Shown here piece after piece: positions 29,301 through 39,557 of a stretch of DNA of 64,000 nt. The translations under genes were made by a program, and so were the position numbers. The DNA comes from Burkholderiales bacterium (GTDB taxonomy: Bacteria > Pseudomonadota > Gammaproteobacteria > Burkholderiales > SG8-41). The stretch lies in contig JBBQAO010000011.1 in NCBI GenBank assembly GCA_038316355.1, positions 858-64,857 on the forward strand, read 5' to 3'. The notes under the pieces were generated by a model. It was given only the letters and a program-made list of their open reading frames with translations, had not been told where the DNA came from and did no database searches. Numbering within the stretch: position 1 is the first letter of the stretch; each line of letters opens with the position of its first letter.

Positions 29301-32111
29301 ATGACTGCGATGAACAAGGACGAACTGGCGGCAATGCCGGTCGAATTCAAGCTGAATGGCAGGGATGTCGTCGGCTACGCGTCGGAGACGATCATCCAGA
29401 CCGCGAAGCGCCACGGCGTCGAGATTCCGCACCTCTGCTACAAGGATGGCATGCGGCCCGACGGCAACTGCCGTGCCTGCGTGGTCGAGGTCAAGGGAGA
29501 GCGGGTGCTGGCCGCATCCTGCTGTCGCAAGCCGTCAGCGGGCATGGAAGTCATCACCGACAATGCGCGCGCGCTGGCGTCGCAAAAAATGGTCATGGAG
29601 CTGCTGCTTTCCGACATGCCGGAAAAACGCCATACCCGCAATTCCGAGCTCGACCAATGGGTGGCCAAACTCAAGGTCGGCAAGCCGCGTTTCAAGGCGC
29701 GCCACCAGCCACAGGCCGATGTGTCGCATTACGGCATCGCGGTGAATCTCGATTCCTGCATCCAGTGCACGCGCTGTGTGCGCGCCTGCCGTGAGGAACA
29801 GGTCAACGATGTCATCGGTTACGCCTTCCGTGGCGAACATTCGTCCATCGTGTTCGATCTCGGTGACCCGATGGGGGAGTCGACCTGTGTCGCCTGCGGC
29901 GAATGTGTGCAGGCCTGCCCGACCGGCGCGCTGATGCCGGCGCGGGAGGCGGGATTGGTCAAACCCGACAAGCAGGTGCACTCGGTGTGTCCGTATTGCG
30001 GCGTCGGTTGCCAGTTGACCTACAACATCAAGGATAACAAGATCATCTCCGTCGATGGTCGCGACGGGCCGTCGAATCACGAGCGGCTATGCGTCAAGGG
30101 GCGATACGGATTCGACTATGTACATCACAAGCAGCGCCTGACCAAACCGCTGATCCGCAAGCCGGGCGCCCCCAAACACGCCGACTTCACGATGGACCCG
30201 GCGAATCCGCTGGAGTATTTCCGCGAAGCGAGTTGGGAAGAGGCGCTGGACCTGGCGGCGGGCAAGCTGCGCGCGATTCGCGATCAGAGCGGCAACAAAG
30301 GGCTGGCCGGCTTCGGTTCGGCGAAAGGCAGCAACGAGGAAGCCTATCTGTTCCAGAAACTGGTACGTACGGGTTTTGGCTCAAATAACGTCGATCACTG
30401 CACGCGCCTGTGCCATGCCTCGAGCGTGGCGGCGCTGATGGAGGCGGTGAATTCCGGCGCGGTGTCGAACCAGGTCAGTGATGTGGCGAATGCTGAAGTT
30501 ATTTTCCTGATCGGCGCCAACCCGACCTCCAACCATCCGGTGGCGGCGACCTGGATCAAGAATGCGATTAAAAACGGCGCCAAGCTGATTTATGCCGATC
30601 CGCGGCGCTCTGATCTGTCGCGCCATGCCGCGTATTCGCTGCAGTTCAAGGCCGACACCGACGTCGCGCTGCTGAACGCGATGATGCACGTCATCGTCCA
30701 CGAAGGTCTGGTCGACGAAGACTTCATCAAGTCGCGCACCATCGGGTACGAGGACCTGAAGAAAAACGTCGAGGGCTACAGCCCCGAAGCGATGGCGCCG
30801 GTGTGCGGCATCCCCGCTGAGACCATCAGGGAAGTGGCGCGGGTTTACGCGACCTCCAAAAGTTCGATGATTCTGTGGGGTATGGGCATCTCTCAACACA
30901 TCCACGGCACCGACAATGCGCGCTGCCTGATCGCCTTGTGCCTGATGACCGGTCAGATCGGCCGCCCCGGCACGGGATTACATCCGCTGCGCGGCCAGAA
31001 CAACGTGCAGGGCGCGTCCGACTCGGGCCTGATCCCGATGGTGTTCCCGGATTACCAGCGTGTCGACAATCCGCAGGCGCTGGCGCGGTTCGAGAAGCTG
31101 TGGGGCATGAAACTCGATCCCAAGCCCGGCCTGACGGTGGTTGAAATCATCCACGCGACTTTGAAGGGCGAGATCCGCGGCATGTATGTGATGGGCGAAA
31201 ACCCGGCGATGTCGGATCCCGATGCACACCATGCGCGCGAAGCGCTGGCGAAACTCGACTGCCTGGTGGTGCAGGAAATTTTTCTCACCGAAACCTGTTA
31301 CTACGCCGATGTGATTTTTCCGGCGACGGCATGGCCGGAAAAAGACGGCACGGTGACCAACACCGATCGCATGGTGCAGATGGGTCGCAAGGCGCTGGAT
31401 GCGCCGGGTGAGGCAAAACCCGACCTGTGGATCATCCAGGAACTGGCGCGTCGCTTGGGGCTCGACTGGAATTACAACGGGCCGAAGGATGTGTTCAACG
31501 AAATGCGCCGCGCGATGAATTCGATCGCCGGCATCACCTGGGAGCGGCTGGAAGCTGAGAGCTGTGTCACCTATCCTTGTGAAGAAGAAGGTGATCCGGG
31601 GCAACCTATTGTTTTTATTGATAAATTTCCAACTGCTACAGGCAGGGCGAAGTTTGTGCCCGCCGACATCATTCCGGCCAACGAACGTCCGGATCGCGAG
31701 TTTCCGTTTGTGCTGATCACCGGTCGCCAGCTCGAACACTGGCATACCGGTGCGATGACGCGCCGCGCCGGCGTGCTCGATGCGATCGAGCCGGAACCGA
31801 CGGTGTCCATGCATCCGCTGGATCTTGATCAGATCGGTGCCCAGGGTGGCGATGTGATCACCGTCGAATCGCGGCGCGGCATCATTTCCCTGCACGCGCG
31901 GCCCGACGACGGCACACCACGCGGTGCTGTGTTCATCCCGTTCTGTTTTTACGAGGCGGCAGTGAACCTGTTGACTAATGCTGCGCTTGATCCGGTTGGC
32001 AAGATTCCGGAATTCAAATACTGCGCGGTGAAGGTGATGAAGGGCGGCGAACTGACACCGCGTTCCAGCTACGGCGGCGGGCAGATTCTGGCGCAACTGG
32101 CGAAAACATGA
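29301..32111 (+). CDS. fdsA: NAD-dependent formate dehydrogenase alpha (molybdopterin) subunit, Cys type
   Basis: N-terminal 2Fe-2S/4Fe-4S cysteine clusters (CYKDGMRPDGNCRACVVEV; CIQCTRCVRAC; CVACGECVQACP) and the MopB active-site region VDHCTRLCHASSV. No in-frame TGA. Confidence 0.9.
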   Translation: MTAMNKDELAAMPVEFKLNGRDVVGYASETIIQTAKRHGVEIPHLCYKDGMRPDGNCRACVVEVKGERVLAASCCRKPSAGMEVITDNARALASQKMVMELLLSDMPEKRHTRNSELDQWVAKLKVGKPRFKARHQPQADVSHYGIAVNLDSCIQCTRCVRACREEQVNDVIGYAFRGEHSSIVFDLGDPMGESTCVACGECVQACPTGALMPAREAGLVKPDKQVHSVCPYCGVGCQLTYNIKDNKIISVDGRDGPSNHERLCVKGRYGFDYVHHKQRLTKPLIRKPGAPKHADFTMDPANPLEYFREASWEEALDLAAGKLRAIRDQSGNKGLAGFGSAKGSNEEAYLFQKLVRTGFGSNNVDHCTRLCHASSVAALMEAVNSGAVSNQVSDVANAEVIFLIGANPTSNHPVAATWIKNAIKNGAKLIYADPRRSDLSRHAAYSLQFKADTDVALLNAMMHVIVHEGLVDEDFIKSRTIGYEDLKKNVEGYSPEAMAPVCGIPAETIREVARVYATSKSSMILWGMGISQHIHGTDNARCLIALCLMTGQIGRPGTGLHPLRGQNNVQGASDSGLIPMVFPDYQRVDNPQALARFEKLWGMKLDPKPGLTVVEIIHATLKGEIRGMYVMGENPAMSDPDAHHAREALAKLDCLVVQEIFLTETCYYADVIFPATAWPEKDGTVTNTDRMVQMGRKALDAPGEAKPDLWIIQELARRLGLDWNYNGPKDVFNEMRRAMNSIAGITWERLEAESCVTYPCEEEGDPGQPIVFIDKFPTATGRAKFVPADIIPANERPDREFPFVLITGRQLEHWHTGAMTRRAGVLDAIEPEPTVSMHPLDLDQIGAQGGDVITVESRRGIISLHARPDDGTPRGAVFIPFCFYEAAVNLLTNAALDPVGKIPEFKYCAVKVMKGGELTPRSSYGGGQILAQLAKT

Positions 32112-32229
32112 ATGTGGCATAAAAGCGGCGGCATAACAGCGACATAACAGCAACCGTTCGGAACTGCAGGCAAAAAAATACAGCCCGTCCCGCGGGCGTT
32201 CATCGGATTACGTTCAGAAGAGGAACAAT

Positions 32230-33906
32230 ATGGCACTGTCGGATATTGAAATTGCCCAAGCGGCGAAAATGGAGCGCATCGTCAAGATTGCGCAGAAGCT
32301 GGGCATTCCTGAAGAACATCTGGTGCCCTACGGTCATACCAAGGCCAAGGTGTCGTTGGAATATGTCGACAGCCTGAAAGACAGGAAAAACGGCAAACTG
32401 ATCCTGGTCACTGCCATCAGCCCGACGCCCGCCGGCGAAGGCAAGACCACGACCACCGTCGGCCTCGGCGATGCGCTGAACAAGATCGGCAAAAAGGCCA
32501 TCATCTGCCTGCGCGAGCCCTCCCTGGGTCCCGTGTTCGGCATGAAGGGCGGGGCTGCCGGCGGCGGTTATGCGCAGATCGTGCCGATGGAGGACATCAA
32601 CCTCCATTTCACCGGCGATTTCAATGCCATCGCGCTGGCCAATAACCTGCTGGCCGCAGCAATGGACAACCATATCCACCACGGCAACGAACTCGGTATC
32701 GACGTGCGCCGCATCACCTGGAAACGGGTGATGGACATGAACGACCGCGCGCTGCGCGACATCACGGTGTCGCTGGGCGGCCCGGGCAATGGTTATCCGC
32801 GCCAGGACGGCTTCGACATTGTCGTCGCTTCCGAAGTGATGGCGATTTTCTGTTTGGCGACTTCGCTGAAGGACCTGAAAACGCGGCTGGGCAACATCGT
32901 TGTCGCTTCCACCCGCGATCTGAAACCGGTACGCGCGAAAGACTTGAAGGTGCACGGCGCGATGACGGTGCTGCTGAAAGATGCGCTGGCGCCGAACCTG
33001 GTGCAGACGCTGGAGAACAACGCGGCGTTTGTGCATGGCGGCCCGTTTGCCAACATCGCCCACGGCTGCAACACCGTGATCGCCACCCAGACTGCACTGA
33101 AACTGGCCGATTATGTGGTGACTGAAGCCGGCTTCGGCGCCGACCTCGGCGCCGAGAAGTTTGTCGACATCAAGTGCCGCAAATCCGGCCTGCGGCCCGA
33201 TGCCTGCGTCATTGTCGCCACCATCCGCGCCTTGAAGTTCCACGGTGGTGTCGATGTCAGGGAACTCAACAAGGAAAACCTCGCGGCGCTGGAAAAAGGT
33301 GTGGCCAACCTCGAGCGCCATGTCAAAAATGTGCGCGAGAACTACGGCCTGAAATGCGTAGTGTCGATCAATCACTTCACCTTCGACACCGATGCCGAGA
33401 TCGAACTGCTGAAAAAGAAAATGGCGCCGCACAATGTGCCGGTGCTGCTGGCGCGGCACTGGGCAGATGGCGGCGCGGGCGCGACTGAAGTGGCGAAAAC
33501 CGTGGTCGAGCTGATCGACCAGGGTGAGAACCAGTTCAAATTCGTTTACGACGAGAAACTGCCGCTGTGGGACAAGATGAAAACCATCGCCACCAAGATT
33601 TACGGCGCTGCTGACATTTCCGCCGACAACAAGGTGCGCGGCCAGATCAAGAAACTGCAGGAAGACGGTTACGGCGACTACCCGGTGTGCGTGGCCAAGA
33701 CGCAGTACTCGTTCTCGACAGACCCCGGGCTGCGCGGCGCGCCCTCGGGACATATGGTTAACATCCGCGAGGTACGATTGTCGGCCGGTGCCGAGTTCGT
33801 GGTGATGGTCTGCGGCGATGTCATGACCATGCCCGGCCTGCCGAAAATCGCTTCGGCGGAAAAAATTGATCTGACCGACGAAGGCAAGGTCGTCGGATTG
33901 TTCTGA
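32230..33906 (+). CDS. fhs: Formate--tetrahydrofolate ligase
   Basis: [40 protein letters not shown], and a C-terminal DEGKVVGLF. Confidence 0.95.
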   Translation: MALSDIEIAQAAKMERIVKIAQKLGIPEEHLVPYGHTKAKVSLEYVDSLKDRKNGKLILVTAISPTPAGEGKTTTTVGLGDALNKIGKKAIICLREPSLGPVFGMKGGAAGGGYAQIVPMEDINLHFTGDFNAIALANNLLAAAMDNHIHHGNELGIDVRRITWKRVMDMNDRALRDITVSLGGPGNGYPRQDGFDIVVASEVMAIFCLATSLKDLKTRLGNIVVASTRDLKPVRAKDLKVHGAMTVLLKDALAPNLVQTLENNAAFVHGGPFANIAHGCNTVIATQTALKLADYVVTEAGFGADLGAEKFVDIKCRKSGLRPDACVIVATIRALKFHGGVDVRELNKENLAALEKGVANLERHVKNVRENYGLKCVVSINHFTFDTDAEIELLKKKMAPHNVPVLLARHWADGGAGATEVAKTVVELIDQGENQFKFVYDEKLPLWDKMKTIATKIYGAADISADNKVRGQIKKLQEDGYGDYPVCVAKTQYSFSTDPGLRGAPSGHMVNIREVRLSAGAEFVVMVCGDVMTMPGLPKIASAEKIDLTDEGKVVGLF

Positions 33907-34295
33907 GTAACTGTTCTGAGTATCGTGTCGATGGCGGCCATGACCATGGCCGTTGTTGACGCTTCTGAAGCCGGCATGGTAGATAGAATATGGTAGAAAA
34001 GCGGGTGCGTGTTCCGGCTTGGGGAGCTGTTCTGGGATGCCGCTACAAAGGGGAGTAGCTACGGCGGCAACAATATCAGAACGCCGCCGCGGCAGGGCCG
34101 TCATCACGGGATGCGGGATTCATCCGCTTCCCCGGTCTTGTCGGCATGCAGTATCGCAAGCGAGACCTTTGCCTGTATGACAGTGCGGCAGTTGTTTGCC
34201 GCGTTGATCTGTGAGGTAAAGGCCGAGCTGTGATGCGCCCTAAAGCGCTCCCGGCATCCGGTCCTGGCAATTGACGATCAGGCTAAGGGAGATGC

Positions 34296-35693
34296 ATGCA
34301 GATCCGGATTCAAACTCAATATTGTGCGCGCCAGCAGCGCCTGCCGTTGTTCGCGATGTTGCCCATGGGCGCGCTGCTGGCATTTTATTCCGGCCTCGCG
34401 GCAGCCGCCGAAGCGCCGCAGGTGTTTGGCATACCCGTCGACTTCATCCTGTTCGGCCTGACGTTGCTGGGCGTCGCACTGTTCCACAAGTACACGCTGC
34501 AGGTGGCGCTGACCGGACTTGCGATCATCATGCTCTACAAGCTGGGTTTTACCGGATTCAAGACCGGGGACGGCCTGCCCGGCCTGCTCAGTCACCTGTT
34601 CCATGAGTGGGTGATCATCACCAACCTGCTCGGTCTGCTGGTCGGGTTTGCGCTGCTGTCGAATCATTTCGAGAAAAGCCATCTGCCGCTGGTGCTGCCC
34701 AAATACCTGCCCGACGACTGGAAGGGTGCGTTCATGCTGTTGGTGATGGTCTGGGTGATGTCGGGTTTTCTCGACAACATCGCTGCCGCGTTGATCGGCG
34801 GCACCCTTGCCGCGACGTTGTTTCGTCGTAAAGTACATATCGGCTACCTGGCGGCGATTGTTGCCGCGTCCAACGCCGGCGGCGCCGGCAGCGTGGTCGG
34901 CGATACCACGACCACCATGATGTGGCTGGATGGCGTCGATCCGCGCGATGTGCTGCATGCCTATGTGGCGGCGGCCGCAGCGCTGCTGGTGCTCGGCATT
35001 CCGGCAGCGCTGCTGCAGCAGAAGTATTCGCCGATCGTCAAGGATGAGGGCAAACACGCGCCGGTGGACTGGGCGCGGGTGGCCATCGTGGCGCTGATCC
35101 TGGCTGCCGCGATTGTCACCAATGTCACGATCAACCTGCAGTTCAACCACCTGTCCCATGTCTTCCCGTTCATCGGTGTCGCGGTGTGGGTGGTGATCCT
35201 GGCCTGTGTGCCGTGGCGCAAACCGCAGTGGGATCTGGTGCCGGAGGCGGCTAAAGGCAGCATATTCCTGCTGTCGCTGGTGTTGTGTGCGTCGATGATG
35301 CCAGTGGAAAAACTGCCGGAGGCGTCGTGGCAGTCGGCGTTCGGCCTCGGCTTCATTTCAGCGGTGTTCGACAATATTCCACTGACTGCGCTGGCGCTGA
35401 AACAGGGCGGTTACGACTGGGGTGTGCTGGCGTATGCCGTGGGTTTCGGCGGATCGATGATCTGGTTCGGTTCGAGCGCCGGTGTCGCGCTGTCCAATAT
35501 GTACCCTGAGGTCCGTTCAGTAGGTTTGTGGTTGCGCCACGGCTGGTTCATACCTATTGCGTATGTCGTGGGATTTTTCGTGATGCTGGGCTTTGTGGGG
35601 TGGGAGCCGCACGAGCGGCACAAACCTCTGCCCACAGGCACCTCGATATCGACTTCGGCGTTGCAGTCCGCAGTCCCGTTTGCCAAACCGTAA
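34296..35693 (+). CDS. NhaD-type Na+/H+ antiporter-like permease (ArsB/NhaD superfamily)
   Basis: 465-aa polytopic protein. FLDNIAAALIGG and FDNIPLTALAL motifs are typical of NhaD/ArsB-fold carriers. AAGGGAG Shine-Dalgarno before the ATG. Confidence 0.7.
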   Translation: MQIRIQTQYCARQQRLPLFAMLPMGALLAFYSGLAAAAEAPQVFGIPVDFILFGLTLLGVALFHKYTLQVALTGLAIIMLYKLGFTGFKTGDGLPGLLSHLFHEWVIITNLLGLLVGFALLSNHFEKSHLPLVLPKYLPDDWKGAFMLLVMVWVMSGFLDNIAAALIGGTLAATLFRRKVHIGYLAAIVAASNAGGAGSVVGDTTTTMMWLDGVDPRDVLHAYVAAAAALLVLGIPAALLQQKYSPIVKDEGKHAPVDWARVAIVALILAAAIVTNVTINLQFNHLSHVFPFIGVAVWVVILACVPWRKPQWDLVPEAAKGSIFLLSLVLCASMMPVEKLPEASWQSAFGLGFISAVFDNIPLTALALKQGGYDWGVLAYAVGFGGSMIWFGSSAGVALSNMYPEVRSVGLWLRHGWFIPIAYVVGFFVMLGFVGWEPHERHKPLPTGTSISTSALQSAVPFAKP

Positions 35694-35731
35694 CCGACGT
35701 TTTTCGATAATTCACCAGAAGAGATAATCCC

Positions 35732-37048
35732 ATGGATGCAATGCAATGGCTGACACTGATCGTGTTTGCCCTGACGATCGTGGTGGTGATCACCAATGTG
35801 ATTGACGCCACGCTGGCGGCGCTGATCGGCGTCGGCGCGATGTGCTGGCTCGGCATCATGACCGAGGCCGAGGCTTTCAAATACGTCGACTGGAACGTGA
35901 TGGCGATCCTGCTCGGCATCTGGATCATCGCCGGACATTTCGGCAAATCCGGGGTGCCGAGCTGGCTGTCGATACAGGCGCTGAAATTGTCGGGAGGCCG
36001 CCCCGGTTTTCTGGTGATGATCCTGACCTTTCTTGCCGGTGTGATTTCGATGTTTGTCGACAACGTGGTGACCATCCTGATGATGGCGCCGGTGGCGCTG
36101 CCGCTGGCGCGGGCGCTGAAGCTGTCACCGGTGCCGGTGATCCTGATGATCGGTTTCGGCGCCAATTTCATGGGCACCGCTCTGCTGATCGGTGACCTGC
36201 CACCGCAGATGCTGCACAGCGTCGCCGGCGCCGAGTTCTGGGATTTTTTCTGGCAACACGGGCGTGCATCTTCGTTTCCGATCCTGATGGTGACCTTTGT
36301 GATCACCCTTGCCGTGATGTGGGCCTACGGTTTCCGCGGCCATAAACGCGTCGCCGACCTGAACAGCCTTGGCCTTACGGCCAGGATCGAAAACCCGCTG
36401 TTTGCGGGCATCGTCGTGGTCTGGTTCATCGGCACCGTGGTGGCGATGTCGATGCGTGAATATATCGGCGTTCAGCTCGGTTTTATTTCGATGACCGGCG
36501 CGATCACGCTGGTGCTGGTGCTGGCGTTGCTCGGTGACCGTGTCAAACAGGCCGACAGTTTCGAGGAAAGCATGCAGGAACTGGACTGGCGGGCGATATT
36601 CTTCTATGTCGCGCTGTTTGCGCTGGTCGGCGGACTTGAAAAGAGCCATATCCTTGACCTGTTGGCCAATCAGATCAAACCGATTTTCCTCGAAAACTAT
36701 GCGCTGGGCGCGACGCTGCTGTACTGGGTCACCGTGCCCATCGTCGGCATCGTCGAACACGACGCCTATATCCTGACCTTCCTGCGCACCATCAAGGACT
36801 TGGGGGAGTCGGGGATCGAGCCGTGGCCGCTGTACTGGATGCTGCTATGGTCCGGCACGCTGGGCAGCAACCTGACGGTGGCCGGTGCACCGGCACTGTA
36901 TGTCGCGCTGAGTCTTGGCGAGAAGGAAGAGGGGCGCAAGGTGTCGTTGCGCGAGTTTCTGGCGTGGAGCATACCCTTCACGCTGGTTTGTTCGGTGATC
37001 TGTTATATCCTCGGCATGCTGATCTGGGTGCTGCCGTACGCAAAATGA
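35732..37048 (+). CDS. ArsB/NhaD-superfamily anion permease (CitMHS/SLC13-like)
   Basis: 438-aa polytopic protein with FVDNVVTILMMAPV and GSNLTVAGAPA re-entrant-loop-like motifs. Confidence 0.65.
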   Translation: MDAMQWLTLIVFALTIVVVITNVIDATLAALIGVGAMCWLGIMTEAEAFKYVDWNVMAILLGIWIIAGHFGKSGVPSWLSIQALKLSGGRPGFLVMILTFLAGVISMFVDNVVTILMMAPVALPLARALKLSPVPVILMIGFGANFMGTALLIGDLPPQMLHSVAGAEFWDFFWQHGRASSFPILMVTFVITLAVMWAYGFRGHKRVADLNSLGLTARIENPLFAGIVVVWFIGTVVAMSMREYIGVQLGFISMTGAITLVLVLALLGDRVKQADSFEESMQELDWRAIFFYVALFALVGGLEKSHILDLLANQIKPIFLENYALGATLLYWVTVPIVGIVEHDAYILTFLRTIKDLGESGIEPWPLYWMLLWSGTLGSNLTVAGAPALYVALSLGEKEEGRKVSLREFLAWSIPFTLVCSVICYILGMLIWVLPYAK

Positions 37049-37082
37049 GGTCGTACGAAAATGAGAATTTACCCGAAACGAG

Positions 37083-37535
37083 GTGATGCAAATGTATAAA
37101 AACATAATGGTTCCCACCGACGGTTCCGCGCTGTCGCGTTCCGCGATTGCTGCCGCCATCAAGCTGGCCAAATCCACAGGTGCCAAAGTGACCGCGTTTT
37201 ACGCGGCGCCGCCGGCGACGCCGCTGGTTTACGGGGGGCTGCTGCCGGTCAGTTATGTCTCGCCTGGCGAACATTCGGCCATCATCAAAAAAGCGGCGGA
37301 GCGCTACCTCGGCGTCGCTGCAATGGCGGCGAAAGCCGCAGGCGTGAAATGCAAGCTGGCGCACGTGACCAGCGATTTCCCGGCGGAGGCGATCATCGCG
37401 GCGGCACGCAAGGAAAAGTGCGATCTGATTTTTATTTCATCCCACAGCCGCCGTGGCATTGCGCGCATGTTGCTGGGCAGCGAAACGCAGAAAGTCATCG
37501 CCAACGCGAAAATCCCGGTGCTGGTGCACCGTTAA
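37083..37535 (+). CDS. Universal stress protein (UspA family)
   Basis: YKNIMVPTDGSALS, and a C-terminal GSETQKVIANAKIPVLVHR. The exact start is ambiguous (GTG 37083, ATG 37086 or 37092). Confidence 0.85.
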   Translation: MMQMYKNIMVPTDGSALSRSAIAAAIKLAKSTGAKVTAFYAAPPATPLVYGGLLPVSYVSPGEHSAIIKKAAERYLGVAAMAAKAAGVKCKLAHVTSDFPAEAIIAAARKEKCDLIFISSHSRRGIARMLLGSETQKVIANAKIPVLVHR

Positions 37536-37756
37536 TTTCCCCGATATAGCGGCGGGATGGTCGGCCGATACTTTTAAGTAATTGTTTTTAAAGTATTTTT
37601 AGACATAAAGCGCGGTCGGCGTATGCTGGCCGCATCTGCCGCCCAGCGCCATCACGGGCCGCACCGACGCCGGGCCGGATGTTCAGCGTCAGTTAAGCGG
37701 ACGCACCCGGCGCAGCCCGTCGCGACACTCCTGACGGTGACGGATATACTCGAATC

Positions 37757-37770
37757 TTGATTTTGGTCAA
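37757..37770. promoter_or_regulatory. FixK/Fnr-type box TTGATTTTGGTCAA upstream of tctC
   Basis: Half-sites TTGAT/GTCAA. It lies 23 bp upstream of AAGAAT (37794-37799). Confidence 0.4.
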
Positions 37771-37890
37771 TTCTTTCCCGGCGACAAACGCGAAAGAATG
37801 GCTTCTACGACGTTCCAATAAGGTTGGGCTGCGGCAACTGCCGCAGATAAAAACTCAGCACCCGTCGTTCAATTGATAAGGAGGAGTCAC

Positions 37891-38901
37891 ATGGGTATTC
37901 AACGAGTATTCTCGCGCGGCCTGCTGCCGCTGGTCGCTGCATTCGGTCTCGCCGTATCCGGTACCGCCGCAGCCTGGGAACCGACCAAGTCTGTCGAGTT
38001 CATCATTCCCGCCGGCACCGGCGGCGGCGCTGACCAGATGGCGCGCCTGATTCAGGGCATCGTTGCCAAACACAAGCTGATGAAAGAGGCGCTGATTCCC
38101 GTCAACAAGTCAGGCGGCGCCGGTGCCGAAGGTTTCCTCGAGGTGAAAGCTGCGAAGGGCGACCCGCACAAGATCATCATCACTCTGTCAAACCTGTTCA
38201 CGACGCCGATGGCGACCGGTGTGCCTTTCAACTGGAAGGAACTGACGCCGGTCGCGATGCTGTCGCTGGACAACTTCGTGTTGTGGGTGAATTCCGAGAC
38301 GCCCTACAAAACACCCAAGGACTATCTGGATGCGGTGAAAAAGGGCGGCCCGAACACCTTCAAGATGGGCGGCACGGGCTCCAAGCAGGAAGACCAGATC
38401 ATCACCGTGGCGATCGAGAAGGCGGCCGGCATCAAATTCACCTACATTCCGTTCAAGGGCGGTGGCGCGGTGGCGACGCAACTGGTCGGCAAACATATCG
38501 ACTCGAGCGTCAACAATCCGATCGAGGCGGTGGCGCAATGGCGCGCCGGCGCGCTGCGCGCGTTGTGCGTGTTTGATGCCGAACGCATGCCGTACAAGGA
38601 AAAGGTCACCGCAACGCAGTCCTGGAACGACATCCCGACCTGCAAGGAAGCCGGCATCCCGATGGATTACGTGATGCTGCGCGGCATTTTCATGCCGGCC
38701 GGGGTATCGCCGGACGTGGTGGCTTTTTATGTCGACCTGTTCACCAAAGTGCGCGCGACTCCGGAATGGAAAAAATTCATGGAAGACGGCGCATTCAACC
38801 AGTCTTTCATGACCGGCAAGGCCTACTCAGACTGGGTGGCCAAGGCGGAATCGCTGCACCGCGACCTGATGAAGGAAGCCGGGTTCCTCGCCAAACCCTG
38901 A
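37891..38901 (+). CDS. tctC: Tripartite tricarboxylate transporter (TTT) substrate-binding protein
   Basis: Signal peptide, PTKSVEFIIPAGTGGGADQMARL, FKGGGAVATQLVGKHID. AAGGAGG Shine-Dalgarno 6 nt before the ATG at 37891. Confidence 0.85.
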   Translation: MGIQRVFSRGLLPLVAAFGLAVSGTAAAWEPTKSVEFIIPAGTGGGADQMARLIQGIVAKHKLMKEALIPVNKSGGAGAEGFLEVKAAKGDPHKIIITLSNLFTTPMATGVPFNWKELTPVAMLSLDNFVLWVNSETPYKTPKDYLDAVKKGGPNTFKMGGTGSKQEDQIITVAIEKAAGIKFTYIPFKGGGAVATQLVGKHIDSSVNNPIEAVAQWRAGALRALCVFDAERMPYKEKVTATQSWNDIPTCKEAGIPMDYVMLRGIFMPAGVSPDVVAFYVDLFTKVRATPEWKKFMEDGAFNQSFMTGKAYSDWVAKAESLHRDLMKEAGFLAKP

Positions 38902-39005
38902 TTGGCTGTGTTGTCCCGACGGGCCTCCCGGTCCGTCGGGTCGTTGCATCCCCCGGGGATGCGTCCGGTATTCAAGATTTTCCTTAAAGCGCTGGGTTGA
39001 ATTGC

Positions 39006-39530
39006 ATGGAAGACAAACAGGTTTCCGGTGAAGTGGTGTCCTCGGGCATCTCGGTACGGGCTGCAGAGATTGCCGTAGCCGTATTTCTGCTGATCCTCGG
39101 CGGGTTGGTCATGTACGACAGCGTCCGTCTGGGATTTCGCTGGGTGGGGGACGGCCCTGAGGCGGGTTATTTCCCGTTTTACATCGCCGTGTTCATCTGC
39201 GTCTCCAGCCTGGGTGTCCTGGGCCAGGTGTTCTTCGGCAAGGGGCGTGGCGTGCACAAGGTGTTCGTCGAGTGGGAGCAGTTGAAGCTGGTGCTGTCGG
39301 TGCTGATACCGGCCGCGGTTTTTGTATTCGGCATCCAGATGGTCGGCATTTATGTCGCGTCGGTGGCTTATATCGCGTTTTTCATGGTCTGGCTCGGCAA
39401 ATACACCTGGATCAAGAGCGTGGTGCTGGGCATCGCCGTCAGCGTCGCCACTTTCATGATGTTCGAAATATGGTTCAAGGTGCCGCTGTTCAAGGGTGCA
39501 TTCAATCCCCTCAGCATCTTCGGTTACTGA
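39006..39530 (+). CDS. tctB: TTT small membrane subunit
   Basis: A ~175-aa four-TM protein between tctC and tctA, with the GPEAGYFPFYIAV motif. Confidence 0.8.
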   Translation: MEDKQVSGEVVSSGISVRAAEIAVAVFLLILGGLVMYDSVRLGFRWVGDGPEAGYFPFYIAVFICVSSLGVLGQVFFGKGRGVHKVFVEWEQLKLVLSVLIPAAVFVFGIQMVGIYVASVAYIAFFMVWLGKYTWIKSVVLGIAVSVATFMMFEIWFKVPLFKGAFNPLSIFGY

Positions 39531-39557
39531 CCGCATTGATTTAGAGGAGCAGGCGAC

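Noticed and set aside
29301-32111. Selenocysteine-containing formate dehydrogenase
   Set aside because: There is no in-frame TGA. The active-site position is a Cys codon (CTRLCHAS), and no SECIS-like context is required.
33899-33922. An 11-bp direct duplication TGTTCTGAGTA (33899-33909 and 33912-33922) spanning the fhs stop codon
   Set aside because: This is a tiny slippage-type duplication just past the stop. It has no effect on the ORF and I can support no functional inference.
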